Source of the DNA: Tubiluchus corallicola
Taxonomy: Eukaryota; Animalia; Priapulida
Direction: 5' to 3'
NCBI GenBank assembly: GCA_030141605.1
Contig: JAQGDQ010000028.1
Location: 372,001-436,000 of the forward strand
DNA length: 64,000 nucleotides
Shown: positions 51,365 through 63,680 of the stretch, one piece after another
How positions within the stretch are numbered: position 1 is the first letter of the stretch
Layout of the letters: every line of letters starts with the position of its first letter
The notes under the pieces: generated by a model
Databases searched by the model: none
Told to the model about the DNA's origin: nothing
What the model saw: the letters and a program-made list of their open reading frames with translations, nothing else
Translations under genes and position numbers: made by a program

Positions 51365-52763
51365 TGTTGACCTACTAGCTCTAGCAATCACACCCAGTGA
51401 TTTCTCCTTCGTTCCATTCCTACCACCTACGTTTTTCTGTTACCATGGCCAACAAGATCGACTGACCCATGGATTAAGCTTCATGTTCTATGTTCTTAAA
51501 AACTGTGTTGATGAAACCAATCCTATCCACAAAATTGTGGCACGGCTCCTTTCGGTGAAAACTGTTGCTCCTGAGACTCTACAACTACTAACCTTAATAA
51601 AAGATCCCTGTGCTCTCAATTTTGAGCAACCAATGGCTTTGTCTACTCTATTAAAACAGACAGTACAACAAAAAGTTATTCCCATGGTCAAAAACGACAG
51701 AATTAAGATGTATTTAGATATCCTGGAAGAAGATGCTTTTCCAGGAGTGGTTAAGTATTACACTTCTATCGTTCCCTACCCAGCTAGAATTATAAACGCA
51801 ATTTTTACTTGTACTGTGATGGGTACTGCCATCAACTTCCTTGATTTTTTTGCCCAACAATCAACTTTACTGAATATGCTAGAAAAAGAAGACAAACTCA
51901 GACTAGAGACTCGGATCAACAAGGTTGAGAGGAATCTGATCAGCAGTGTCCTTAATCGACTCAAGACTCCTCAAAGTAAAAGCTGGGAAGAATTATTAAT
52001 AGAATTAAGTGGGAGCTCATCGCTTTGTTCTTATCTGATGGCAGAAGGGTTAAGAGACTCTACATGGGGCTTTAAAATAGTAGATGTGACTGCCCCTTGT
52101 CCCTGGGATCAACTCTCCCCAATATCAGTCGAGCTAGCTCAAATGAGAAAAGATGTTATTAGTTTAAGATACTCTGATTATCCAGACAAAACTGCAGTGG
52201 GGCCTTATAGAATGGTCGTAGGAAGTAGGACGAAAGAACGGATCAAGCCTTTAGTAATAGCTCCCAATATCCCAAAGGGGCTGACAAGAAGGCAATCTGT
52301 TGCCATTTTAATAAAACTCCTTTGTTGGATGGCTGACAAGCCTTTAATCGTCAAGCTCATTCAAGATGCACTTTTTGAATTGGGGGCAACCAATTATGAG
52401 GCACTAATTCCTAAGGGTTACACACTATCTCTAGGGTCAACCGCTCATCGACTAGAAGCTGCAGATAGGAAGTCATCGGTCTACTTTAACCTCAGAGACA
52501 CAGTTGCCAGCCATATAGTAATTAATACAGATAGAGCGACTCTTTATAGGGGAGAAGGGGCAGACTACACTAACAGACTACTTTTTGAGCCTACTGGCAC
52601 TCAGCCAGGAGACCATCATAAGCGTCAACAGCATCATTCCTCAATTGTCGCAAGACATAATATACAAGCACCAAGACGCCTTGGCGACCTATGGAATCAT
52701 AATAACGGAGCCAAAACCAATCGGTTACCAGGTTGCACAGTCCTTCAAGGTAGTCAAGATTGA
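51129..52763 (+). pseudogene. Endogenous negative-strand RNA virus L protein fragment, copy 1 (L-like part ~51330-52571)
   Basis: CR IV motifs (P..F...HG..DRLT, KDPCALN, VKN, PYPARII) and capping/PRNTase motifs A (CS..AE.LR..TWG..I..VT.P.P.DQ), B (GSRT), C (W) and D (HR). The RdRp GDN core is absent. Confidence 0.85.
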
Positions 52764-53569
52764 AATGTCTAAGGCTTGGAATGTACACTACAACCTTTTC
52801 CAAGACAAAAGCAAAGACAACTCTTCGAATTACACAAACAGGAAAAAGAGATTTTTGGGCTTGATCATGTCAACTGCAGCCATGGCAGAAGCGACGGCCG
52901 CCTTGGCCCTTGGGGCAACAAATCGTGCTGAAATTAACTCGTTAAATGCAAAAATGAGTGAGTTAAGAAAAAAACCAGGGAATTATAGCTCATGAGGTGC
53001 AGATTGCAAACAAAGAAATTGGAATCTTGGGGCACAACTTGGAGGAATTAGAAAGAGTAGTGGGAAAATTAAATACTGAGTTATACAATCTGATGTTAGC
53101 TCACTCCAATGATATGAAAAGGCTCCATGACTACCTGAACTCCATCAGATACGGGCACGGTTTACAGTCTATAACTTCCACAAAAATAGACCCTTTATTG
53201 ATTAGTCCGACACAGTTTGATTCTCTAATGTCAAACAAAGAAAATAATATCCCATTATCGTATGGGGCTAGCAGGGCGATCGTTATCAGATCCGAACCAC
53301 AACAATTATGGATGTTGATCAACGTGAGGGAGATTGTCTGAGTTCCAGGAAAGTACATGTCACAACCCAAAATGTACCAATCAACCAGAATGTGGAAGCG
53401 AAACAAATGCTGCTCACCAATCGAGTGCAGAAATACTTGGGAGTATCATGACATCAGGTCAGGTGGTATCGGAAAAATCCGGTCACCCCCTTGTTGGCTA
53501 CATTCTCAGCCTGGTGGATTCTTGGTTATTTCTGTTATCAGAGTGGCCAAAGTGGAAGAGAATAGATAA
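52581..53569 (+). pseudogene. Glycoprotein fragment, copy 2 (no ATG; frameshifted)
   Basis: Extra A in the A-run near 52970 and further changes near 53336-53402. Confidence 0.75.
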
Positions 53570-54968
53570 TGTTGACCTACTAGCTCTAGCAATCACACCC
53601 AGTGATTTCTCCTTCGTTCCATTCCTACCACCTACGTTTTTCTGTTACCATGGCCAACAAGATCGACTGACCCATGGATTAAGCTTCATGTTCTATGTTC
53701 TTAAAAACTGTGTTGATGAAACCAATCCTATCCACAAAATTGTGGCACGGCTCCTTTCGGTGAAAACTGTTGCTCCTGAGACTCTACAACTACTAACCTT
53801 AATAAAAGATCCCTGTGCTCTCAATTTTGAGCAACCAATGGCTTTGTCTACTCTATTAAGACAGACAGTACAACAAAAAGTTATTCCCATGGTCAAAAAC
53901 GACAGAATTAAGATGTATTTAGATATCCTGGAAGAAGATGCTTTTCCAGGAGTGGTTAAGTATTACACTTCTATCGTTCCCTACCCAGCTAGAATTATAA
54001 ACGCAATTTTTACTTGTACTGTGATGGGTACTGCCATCAACTTCCTTGATTTTTTTGCCCAACAATCAACTTTACTGAATATGCTAGAAAAAGAAGACAA
54101 ACTCAGACTAGAGACTCGGATCAACAAGGTTGAGAGGAATCTGATCAGCAGTGTCCTTAATCGACTCAAGACTCCTCAAAGTAAAAGCTGGGAAGAATTA
54201 TTAATAGAATTAAGTGGGAGCTCATCGCTTTGTTCTTATCTGATGGCAGAAGGGTTAAGAGACTCTACATGGGGCTTTAAAATAGTAGATGTGACTGCCC
54301 CTTGTCCCTGGGATCAACTCTCCCCAATATCAGTCGAGCTAGCTCAAATTAGAAAAGATGTTATTAGTTTAAGATACTCTGATTATCCAGACAAAACTGC
54401 AGTGGGGCCTTATAGAATGGTCGTAGGAAGTAGGACGAAAGAACGGATCAAGCCTTTAGTAATAGCTCCCAATATCCCAAAGGGGCTGACAAGAAGGCAA
54501 TCTGTTGCCATCTTAATAAAACTCCTTTGTTGGATGGCTGACAAGCCTTTAATCGTCAAGCTCATTCAAGATGCACTTTTTGAATTGGGGGCAACCAATT
54601 ATGAGGCACTAATTCCTAAGGGTTACACACTATCTCTAGGGTCAACCGCTCATCGACTAGAAGCTGCAGATAGGAAGTCATCGGTCTACTCTAACCTCAG
54701 AGACACAGTTGCCAGCCATATAGTAATTAATACAGATAGAGCGACTCTTTATAGGGGAGAAGGGGCAGACTACACTAACAGACTACTTTTTGAGCCTACT
54801 GGCACTCAGCCAGGAGACCATCATAAGCGTCAACAGCATCATTCCTCAATTGTCGCAAGACATAATATACAAGCACCAAGACGCCTTGGCGACCTATGGA
54901 ATCATAATAACGGAGCCAAAACCAATCGGTTACCAGGTTGCACAGTCCTTCAAGGTAGTCAAGATTGA
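53334..54968 (+). pseudogene. L fragment, copy 2 (L-like part ~53535-54776)
   Basis: Near-identical to copy 1; frame open. Confidence 0.85.
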
Positions 54969-55764
54969 AATGTCTAAGGCTTGAATGGGCAACCTTTTCC
55001 AAGACAAAAAGCAAAGACAACTCTTCGAATTACACAAACAGGAAAGAGATTTTTGGGCTTGATCATGTCAAACTGCAGCCATGGCAGAAGGATGGCCGCC
55101 TATTCCCTTAGCAACAAATCGTGCTGAAATTAACTCGTTAAATGCAAAAATGAGTGAGTTAAGAAAAAACCAGGGAATTATAGCTCATGAGGTGCAGATT
55201 GCAAACAAAGAAATTGGAATCTTGGGGCACAACTTGGAGGAATTAGAAAGAGTAGTGGGAAAATTAAATACTGAGTTATACAATCTGATGTTAGCTCACT
55301 CCAATGATATGAAAAGGCTCCATGACTACCTGAACTCCATCAGATACGGGCACGGTTTACAGTCTATAACTTCCACAAAAATAGACCCTTTATTGATTAG
55401 TCCGACACAGTTTGATTCTCTAATGTCAAACAAAGAAAATAATATCCCATTATCGTATGGGGCTAGCAGGGCGATCGTTATCAGATCCGAACCACAACAA
55501 TTATGGATGTTGATCAACGTGAGGGAGATTGTTCAGGTTCCAGGGAAAGTACATGTCACAACCCAAAATGTACCAATCAACCAGAATGTGGGAAGGAACA
55601 AATGCTGCTCACCAATCGAGTGCAGAAATACTTGGGAGTATCATGACATCAGGTCAGGTGGTATCGGAAAAATCCGGTCACCCCCTTGTTGGCTACATTC
55701 TCAGCCTGGTGGATTCTTGGTTATTTCTGTTATCAGAGTGGCCAAAGTGGAAGAGAATAGATAA
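54786..55764 (+). pseudogene. Glycoprotein fragment, copy 3 (disrupted)
   Basis: Cluster of indels at 54980-55110 destroys the furin site and fusion peptide. Confidence 0.75.
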
Positions 55765-57163
55765 TGTTGACCTACTAGCTCTAGCAATCACACCCAGTGA
55801 TTTCTCCTTCGTTCCATTCCTACCACCTACGTTTTTCTGTTACCATGGCCAACAAGATCGACTGACCCATGGATTAAGCTTCATGTTCTATGTTCTTAAA
55901 AACTGTGTTGATGAAACCAATCCTATCCACAAAATTGTGGCACGGCTCCTTTCGGTGAAAACTGTTGCTCCTGAGACTCTACAACTACTAACCTTAATAA
56001 AAGATCCCTGTGCTCTCAATTTTGAGCAACCAATGGCTTTGTCTACTCTATTAAGACAGACAGTACAACAAAAAGTTATTCCCATGGTCAAAAACGACAG
56101 AATTAAGATGTATTTAGATATCCTGGAAGAAGATGCTTTTCCAGGAGTGGTTAAGTATTACACTTCTATCGTTCCCTACCCAGCTAGAATTATAAACGCA
56201 ATTTTTACTTGTACTGTGATGGGTACTGCCATCAACTTCCTTGATTTTTTTGCCCAACAATCAACTTTACTGAATATGCTAGAAAAAGAAGACAAACTCA
56301 GACTAGAGACTCGGATCAACAAGGTTGAGAGGAATCTGATCAGCAGTGTCCTTAATCGACTCAAGACTCCTCAAAGTAAAAGCTGGGAAGAATTATTAAT
56401 AGAATTAAGTGGGAGCTCATCGCTTTGTTCTTATCTGATGGCAGAAGGGTTAAGAGACTCTACATGGGGCTTTAAAATAGTAGATGTGACTGCCCCTTGT
56501 CCCTGGGATCAACTCTCCCCAATATCAGTCGAGCTAGCTCAAATTAGAAAAGATGTTATTAGTTTAAGATACTCTGATTATCCAGACAAAACTGCAGTGG
56601 GGCCTTATAGAATGGTCGTAGGAAGTAGGACGAAAGAACGGATCAAGCCTTTAGTAATAGCTCCCAATATCCCAAAGGGGCTGACAAGAAGGCAATCTGT
56701 TGCCATTTTAATAAAACTCCTTTGTTGGATGGCTGACAAGCCTTTAATCGTCAAGCTCATTCAAGATGCACTTTTTGAATTGGGGGCAACCAATTATGAG
56801 GCACTAATTCCTAAGGGTTACACATTATCTCTAGGGTCAACCGCTCATCGACTAGAAGCTGCAGATAGGAAGTCATCGGTCTACTTTAACCTCAGAGACA
56901 CAGTTGCCAGCCATATAGTAATTAATACAGATAGAGCGACTCTTTATAGGGGAGAAGGGGCAGACTACACTAACAGACTACTTTTTGAGCCTACTGGCAC
57001 TCAGCCAGGAGACCATCATAAGCGTCAACAGCATCATTCCTCAATTGTCGCAAGACATAATATACAAGCACCAAGACGCCTTGGCGACCTATGGAATCAT
57101 AATAACGGAGCCAAAACCAATCGGTTACCAGGTTGCACAGTCCTTCAAGGTAGTCAAGATTGA
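55529..57163 (+). pseudogene. L fragment, copy 3 (L-like part ~55730-56971)
   Basis: Near-identical to copy 1; frame open. Confidence 0.85.
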
Positions 57164-57968
57164 AATGTCTAAGGCTTGGAATGTACACTACAACCTTTTC
57201 CAAGACAAAAGCAAAGACAACTCTTCGAATTACACAAACAGGAAAAAGAGATTTTTGGGCTTGATCATGTCAACTGCAGCCATGGCAGAAGCGACGGCCG
57301 CCTTGGCCCTTGGGGCAACAAATCGTGCTGAAATTAACTCGTTAAATGCAAAAATGAGTGAGTTAAGAAAAAACCAGGGAATTATAGCTCATGAGGTGCA
57401 GATTGCAAACAAAGAAATTGGAATCTTGGGGCACAACTTGGAGGAATTAGAAAGAGTAGTGGGAAAATTAAATACTGAGTTATACAATCTGATGTTAGCT
57501 CACTCCAATGATATGAAAAGGCTCCATGACTACCTGAACTCCATCAGATACGGGCACGGTTTACAGTCTATAACTTCCACAAAAATAGACCCTTTATTGA
57601 TTAGTCCGACACAGTTTGATTCTCTAATGTCAAACAAAGAAAATAATATCCCATTATCGTATGGGGCTAGCAGGGCGATCGTTATCAGATCCGAACCACA
57701 ACACTTATGGATGTTGATCAACGTGAGGGAGATTGTTCAGGTTCCAGGGAAAGTACATGTCACAACCCAAAATGTACCAATCAACCAGAATGTGGGAAGG
57801 AACAAATGCTGCTCACCAATCGAGTGCAGAAATACTTGGGAGTATCATGACATCAGGTCAGGTGGTATCGGAAAAATCCGGTCACCCCCTTGTTGGCTAC
57901 ATTCTCAGCCTGGTGGATTCTTGGTTATTTCTGTTATCAGAGTGGCCAAAGTGGAAGAGAATAGATAA
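56981..57968 (+). pseudogene. Glycoprotein fragment, copy 4 (open frame, native ATG missing)
   Basis: ORF 56985..57968 keeps RKKR/FLG but begins inside the signal peptide. Confidence 0.75.
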
Positions 57969-59367
57969 TGTTGACCTACTAGCTCTAGCAATCACACCCA
58001 GTGATTTCTCCTTCGTTCCATTCCTACCACCTACGTTTTTCTGTTACCATGGCCAACAAGATCGACTGACCCATGGATTAAGCTTCATGTTCTATGTTCT
58101 TAAAAACTGTGTTGATGAAACCAATCCTATCCACAAAATTGTGGCACGGCTCCTTTCGGTGAAAACTGTTGCTCCTGAGACTCTACAACTACTAACCTTA
58201 ATAAAAGATCCCTGTGCTCTCAATTTTGAGCAACCAATGGCTTTGTCTACTCTATTAAAACAGACAGTACAACAAAAAGTTATTCCCATGGTCAAAAACG
58301 ACAGAATTAAGATGTATTTAGATATCCTGGAAGAAGATGCTTTTCCAGGAGTGGTTAAGTATTACACTTCTATCGTTCCCTACCCAGCTAGAATTATAAA
58401 CGCAATTTTTACTTGTACTGTGATGGGTACTGCCATCAACTTCCTTGATTTTTTTGCCCAACAATCAACTTTACTGAATATGCTAGAAAAAGAAGACAAA
58501 CTCAGACTAGAGACTCGGATCAACAAGGTTGAGAGGAATCTGATCAGCAGTGTCCTTAATCGACTCAAGACTCCTCAAAGTAAAAGCTGGGAAGAATTAT
58601 TAATAGAATTAAGTGGGAGCTCATCGCTGTGTTCTTATCTGATGGCAGAAGGGTTAAGAGACTCTACATGGGGCTTTAAAATAGTAGATGTGACTGCCCC
58701 TTGTCCCTGGGATCAACTCTCCCCAATATCAGTCGAGCTAGCTCAAATTAGAAAAGATGTTATTAGTTTAAGATACTCTGATTATCCAGACAAAACTGCA
58801 GGGGGGCCTTATAGAATGGTCGTAGGAAGTAGGACGAAAGAACGGATCAAGCCTTTAGTAATAGCTCCCAATATCCCAAAGGGGCTGACAAGAAGGCAAT
58901 CTGTTGCCATTTTAATAAAACTCCTTTGTTGGATGGCTGACAAGCCTTTAATCGTCAAGCTCATTCAAGATGCACTTTTTGAATTGGGGGCAACCAATTA
59001 TGAGGCACTAATTCCTAAGGGTTACACATTATCTCTAGGGTCAACCGCTCATCGACTAGAAGCTGCAGATAGGAAGTCATCGGTCTACTTTAACCTCAGA
59101 GACACAGTTGCCAGCCATATAGTAATTAATACAGATAGAGCGACTCTTTATAGGGGAGAAGGGGCAGACTACACTAACAGACTACTTTTTGAGCCTACTG
59201 GCACTCAGCCAGGAGACCATCATAAGCGTCAACAGCATCATTCCTCAAGTGTCGCAAGACATAATATACAAGCACCAAGACGCCTTGGCGACCTATGGAA
59301 TCATAATAACGGAGCCAAAACCAATCGGTTACCAGGTTGCACAGTCCTTCAAGGTAGTCAAGATTGA
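57733..59367 (+). pseudogene. L fragment, copy 4 (L-like part ~57934-59175)
   Basis: Near-identical to copy 1; frame open. Confidence 0.85.
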
Positions 59368-60172
59368 AATGTCTAAGGCTTGGAATGTACACTACAACCT
59401 TTTCCAAGACAAAAGCAAAGACAACTCTTCGAATTACACAAACAGGAAAAAGAGATTTTTGGGCTTGATCATGTCAACTGCAGCCATGGCAGAAGCGACG
59501 GCCGCCTTGGCCCTTGGGGCAACAAATCGTGCTGAAATTAACTCGTTAAATGCAAAAATGAGTGAGTTAAGAAAAAACCAGGGAATTATAGCTCATGAGG
59601 TGCAGATTGCAAACAAAGAAATTGGAATCTTGGGGCACAACTTGGAGGACTTAGAAAGAGTAGTGGGAAAATTAAATACTGAGTTATACAATCTGATGTT
59701 AGCTCACTCCAATGATATGAAAAGGCTCCATGACTACCTGAACTCCATCAGATACGGGCACGGTTTACAGTCTATAACTTCCACAAAAATAGACCCTTTA
59801 TTGATTAGTCCGACACAGTTTGATTCTCTAATGTCAAACAAAGAAAATAATATCCCATTATCGTATGGGGCTAGCAGGGCGATCGTTATCAGATCCGAAC
59901 CACAACAATTATGGATGTTGATCAACGTGAGGGAGATTGTTCAGGTTCCAGGGAAAGTACATGTCACAACCCAAAATGTACCAATCAACCAGAATGTGGG
60001 AAGGAACAAATGCTGCTCACCAATCGAGTGCAGAAATACTTGGGAGTATCATGACATCAGGTCAGGTGGTATCGGAAAAATCCGGTCACCCCCTTGTTGG
60101 CTACATTCTCAGCCTGGTGGATTCTTGGTTATTTCTGTTATCAGAGTGGCCAAAGTGGAAGAGAATAGATAA
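59185..60172 (+). pseudogene. Glycoprotein fragment, copy 5 (open frame, native ATG missing)
   Basis: ORF 59189..60172. Confidence 0.75.
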
Positions 60173-61571
60173 TGTTGACCTACTAGCTCTAGCAATCACA
60201 CCCAGTGATTTCTCCTTCGTTCCATTCCTACCACCTACGTTTTTCTGTTACCATGGCCAACAAGATCGACTGACCCATGGATTAAGCTTCATGTTCTATG
60301 TTCTTAAAAACTGTGTTGATGAAACCAATCCTATCCACAAAATTGTGGCACGGCTCCTTTCGGTGAAAACTGTTGCTCCTGAGACTCTACAACTACTAAC
60401 CTTAATAAAAGATCCCTGTGCTCTCAATTTTGAGCAACCAATGGCTTTGTCTACTCTATTAAGACAGACAGTACAACAAAAAGTTATTCCCACGGTCAAA
60501 AACGACAGAATTAAGATGTATTTAGATATCCTGGAAGAAGATGCTTTTCCAGGAGTGGTTAAGTATTACACTTCTATCGTTCCCTACCCAGCTAGAATTA
60601 TAAACGCAATTTTTACTTGTACTGTGATGGGTACTGCCATCAACTTCCTTGATTTTTTTGCCCAACAATCAACTTTACTGAATATGCTAGAAAAAGAAGA
60701 CAAACTCAGACTAGAGACTCGGATCAACAAGGTTGAGAGGAATCTGATCAGCAGTGTCCTTAATCGACTCAAGACTCCTCAAAGTAAAAGCTGGGAAGAA
60801 TTATTAATAGAATTAAGTGGGAGCTCATCGCTTTGTTCTTATCTGATGGCAGAAGGGTTAAGAGACTCTACATGGGGCTTTAAAATAGTAGATGTGACTG
60901 CCCCTTGTCCCTGGGATCAACTCTCCCCAATATCAGTCGAGCTAGCTCAAATTAGAAAAGATGTTATTAGTTTAAGATACTCTGATTATCCAGACAAAAC
61001 TGCAGTGGGGCCTTATAGAATGGTCGTAGGAAGTAGGACGAAAGAACGGATCAAGCCTTTAGTAATAGCTCCCAATATCCCAAAGGGGCTGACAAGAAGG
61101 CAATCTGTTGCCATTTTAATAAAACTCCTTTGTTGGATGGCTGACAAGCCTTTAATCGTCAAGCTCATTCAAGATGCACTTTTTGAATTGGGGGCAACCA
61201 ATTATGAGGCACTAATTCCTAAGGGTTACACACTATCTCTAGGGTCAACCGCTCATCGACTAGAAGCTGCAGATAGGAAGTCATCGGTCTACTTTAACCT
61301 CAGAGACACAGTTGCCAGCCATATAGTAATTAATACAGATAGAGCGACTCTTTATAGGGGAGAAGGGGCAGACTACACTAACAGACTACTTTTTGAGCCT
61401 ACTGGCACTCAGCCAGGAGACCATCATAAGCGTCAACAGCATCATTCCTCAATTGTCGCAAGACATAATATACAAGCACCAAGACGCCTTGGCGACCTAT
61501 GGAATCATAATAACGGAGCCAAAACCAATCGGTTACCAGGTTGCACAGTCCTTCAAGGTAGTCAAGATTGA
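59937..61571 (+). pseudogene. L fragment, copy 5 (L-like part ~60138-61379)
   Basis: Near-identical to copy 1; frame open. Confidence 0.85.
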
Positions 61572-62377
61572 AATGTCTAAGGCTTGGAATGTACACTACA
61601 ACCTTTTCCAAGACAAAAGCAAAGACAACTCTTCGAATTACACAAACAGGAAAAAGAGATTTTTGGGCTTGATCATGTCAACTGCAGCCATGGCAGAAGC
61701 GACGGCCGCCTTGGCCCTTGGGGCAACAAATCGTGCTGAAATTAACTCGTTAAATGCAAAAATGAGTGAGTTAAGAAAAAAACCAGGGAATTATAGCTCA
61801 TGAGGTGCAGATTGCAAACAAAGAAATTGGAATCTTGGGGCACAACTTGGAGGAATTAGAAAGAGTAGTGGGAAAATTAAATACTGAGTTATACAATCTG
61901 ATGTTAGCTCACTCCAATGATATGAAAAGGCTCCATGACTACCTGAACTCCATCAGATACGGGCACGGTTTACAGTCTATAACTTCCACAAAAATAGACC
62001 CTTTATTGATTAGTCCGACACAGTTTGATTCTCTAATGTCAAACAAAGAAAATAATATCCCATTATCGTATGGGGCTAGCAGGGCGATCGTTATCAGATC
62101 CGAACCACAACAATTATGGATGTTGATCAACGTGAGGGAGATTGTTCAGGTTCCAGGGAAAGTACATGTCACAACCCAAAATGTACCAATCAACCAGAAT
62201 GTGGGAAGGAACAAATGCTGCTCACCAATCGAGTGCAGAAATACTTGGGAGTATCATGACATCAGGTCAGGTGGTATCGGAAAAATCCGGTCACCCCCTT
62301 GTTGGCTACATTCTCAGCCTGGTGGATTCTTGGTTATTTCTGTTATCAGAGTGGCCAAAGTGGAAGAGAATAGATAA
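61389..62377 (+). pseudogene. Glycoprotein fragment, copy 6 (frameshifted)
   Basis: Same extra A in the A-run (~61780) as copy 2. Confidence 0.75.
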
Positions 62378-63680
62378 TGTTGACCTACTAGCTCTAGCAA
62401 TCACACCCAGTGATTTCTCCTTCGTTCCATTCCTACCACCTACGTTTTTCTGTTACCATGGCCAACAAGATCGACTGACCCATGGATTAAGCTTCATGTT
62501 CTATGTTCTTAAAAACTGTGTTGATGAAACCAATCCTATCCACAAAATTGTGGCACGGCTCCTTTCGGTGAAAACTGTTGCTCCTGAGACTCTACAACTA
62601 CTAACCTTAATAAAAGATCCCTGTGCTCTCAATTTTGAGCAACCAATGGCTTTGTCTACTCTATTAAGACAGACAGTACAACAAAAAGTTATTCCCATGG
62701 TCAAAAACGACAGAATTAAGATGTATTTAGATATCCTGGAAGAAGATGCTTTTCCAGGAGTGGTTAAGTATTACACTTCTATCGTTCCCTACCCAGCTAG
62801 AATTATAAACGCAATTTTTACTTGTACTGTGATGGGTACTGCCATCAACTTCCTTGATTTTTTTGCCCAACAATCAACTTTACTGAATATGCTACAAAAA
62901 GAAGACAAACTCAGACTAGAGACTCGGATCAACAAGGTTGAGAGGAATCTGATCAGCAGTGTCCTTAATCGACTCAAGACTCCTCAAAGTAAAAGCTGGG
63001 AAGAATTATTAATAGAATTAAGTGGGAGCTCATCGCTTTGTTCTTATCTGATGGCAGAAGGGTTAAGAGACTCTACATGGGGCTTTAAAATAGTAGATGT
63101 GACTGCCCCTTGTCCCTGGGGTCAACTCTCCCCAATATCAGTCGAGCTAGCTCAAATTAGAAAAGATGTTATTAGTTTAAGATACTCTGATTATCCAGAC
63201 AAAACTGCAGTGGGGCCTTATAGAATGGTCGTAGGAAGTAGGACGAAAGAACGGATCAAGCCTTTAGTAATAGCTCCCAATATCCCAAAGGGGCTGACAA
63301 GAAGGCAATCTGTTGCCATTTTAATAAAACTCCTTTGTTGGATGGCTGACAAGCCTTTAATCGTCAAGCTCATTCAAGATGCACTTTTTGAATTGGGGGC
63401 AACCAATTATGAGGCACTAATTCCTAAGGGTTACACACTATCTCTAGGGTCAACCGCTCATCGACTAGAAGCTGCAGATAGGAAGTCATCGGTCTACTTT
63501 AACCTCAGAGACACAGTTGCCAGCCATATAGTAATTAATACAGATAGAGCGACTCTTTATAGGGGAGAAGGGGCAGACTACACTTTATGTTTCCAAGAGG
63601 TCTTCTGTGCTTTAATGACAATGAATGCTGTATCTAAATATCACCTAGTATCTAACCCTCACCAAGCACTACCAAACTGA
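62142..63680 (+). pseudogene. L fragment, copy 6, with native continuation (L-like part ~62343-63670)
   Basis: Past the repeat end it reads DYTLCFQEVFCAL, supplying the F-Q of PRNTase motif E that copies 1-5 lack. Confidence 0.85.

Larger units (their letters stand above)
50377..63584 (+). repeat. Six-copy head-to-tail tandem array (~2204-bp unit) of an endogenous viral element (glycoprotein fragment + L polymerase fragment)
   Basis: Units start (CTTTTTGAGCC) at 50377, 52581, 54786, 56981, 59185 and 61389; they are near-identical and joined by the same 9-nt linker AACAGACTA. Confidence 0.97.

Noticed and set aside
51129-52763. The 544-aa ORFs as real full-length proteins
   Set aside because: Their N-terminal ~65 aa and C-terminal ~64 aa are off-frame translations of glycoprotein sequence; only the middle is L-like and it has no native start.
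50354-63680. A complete or replication-competent provirus
   Set aside because: No nucleoprotein or matrix gene, no RdRp GDN core, no methyltransferase domain and no glycoprotein TM anchor are present.
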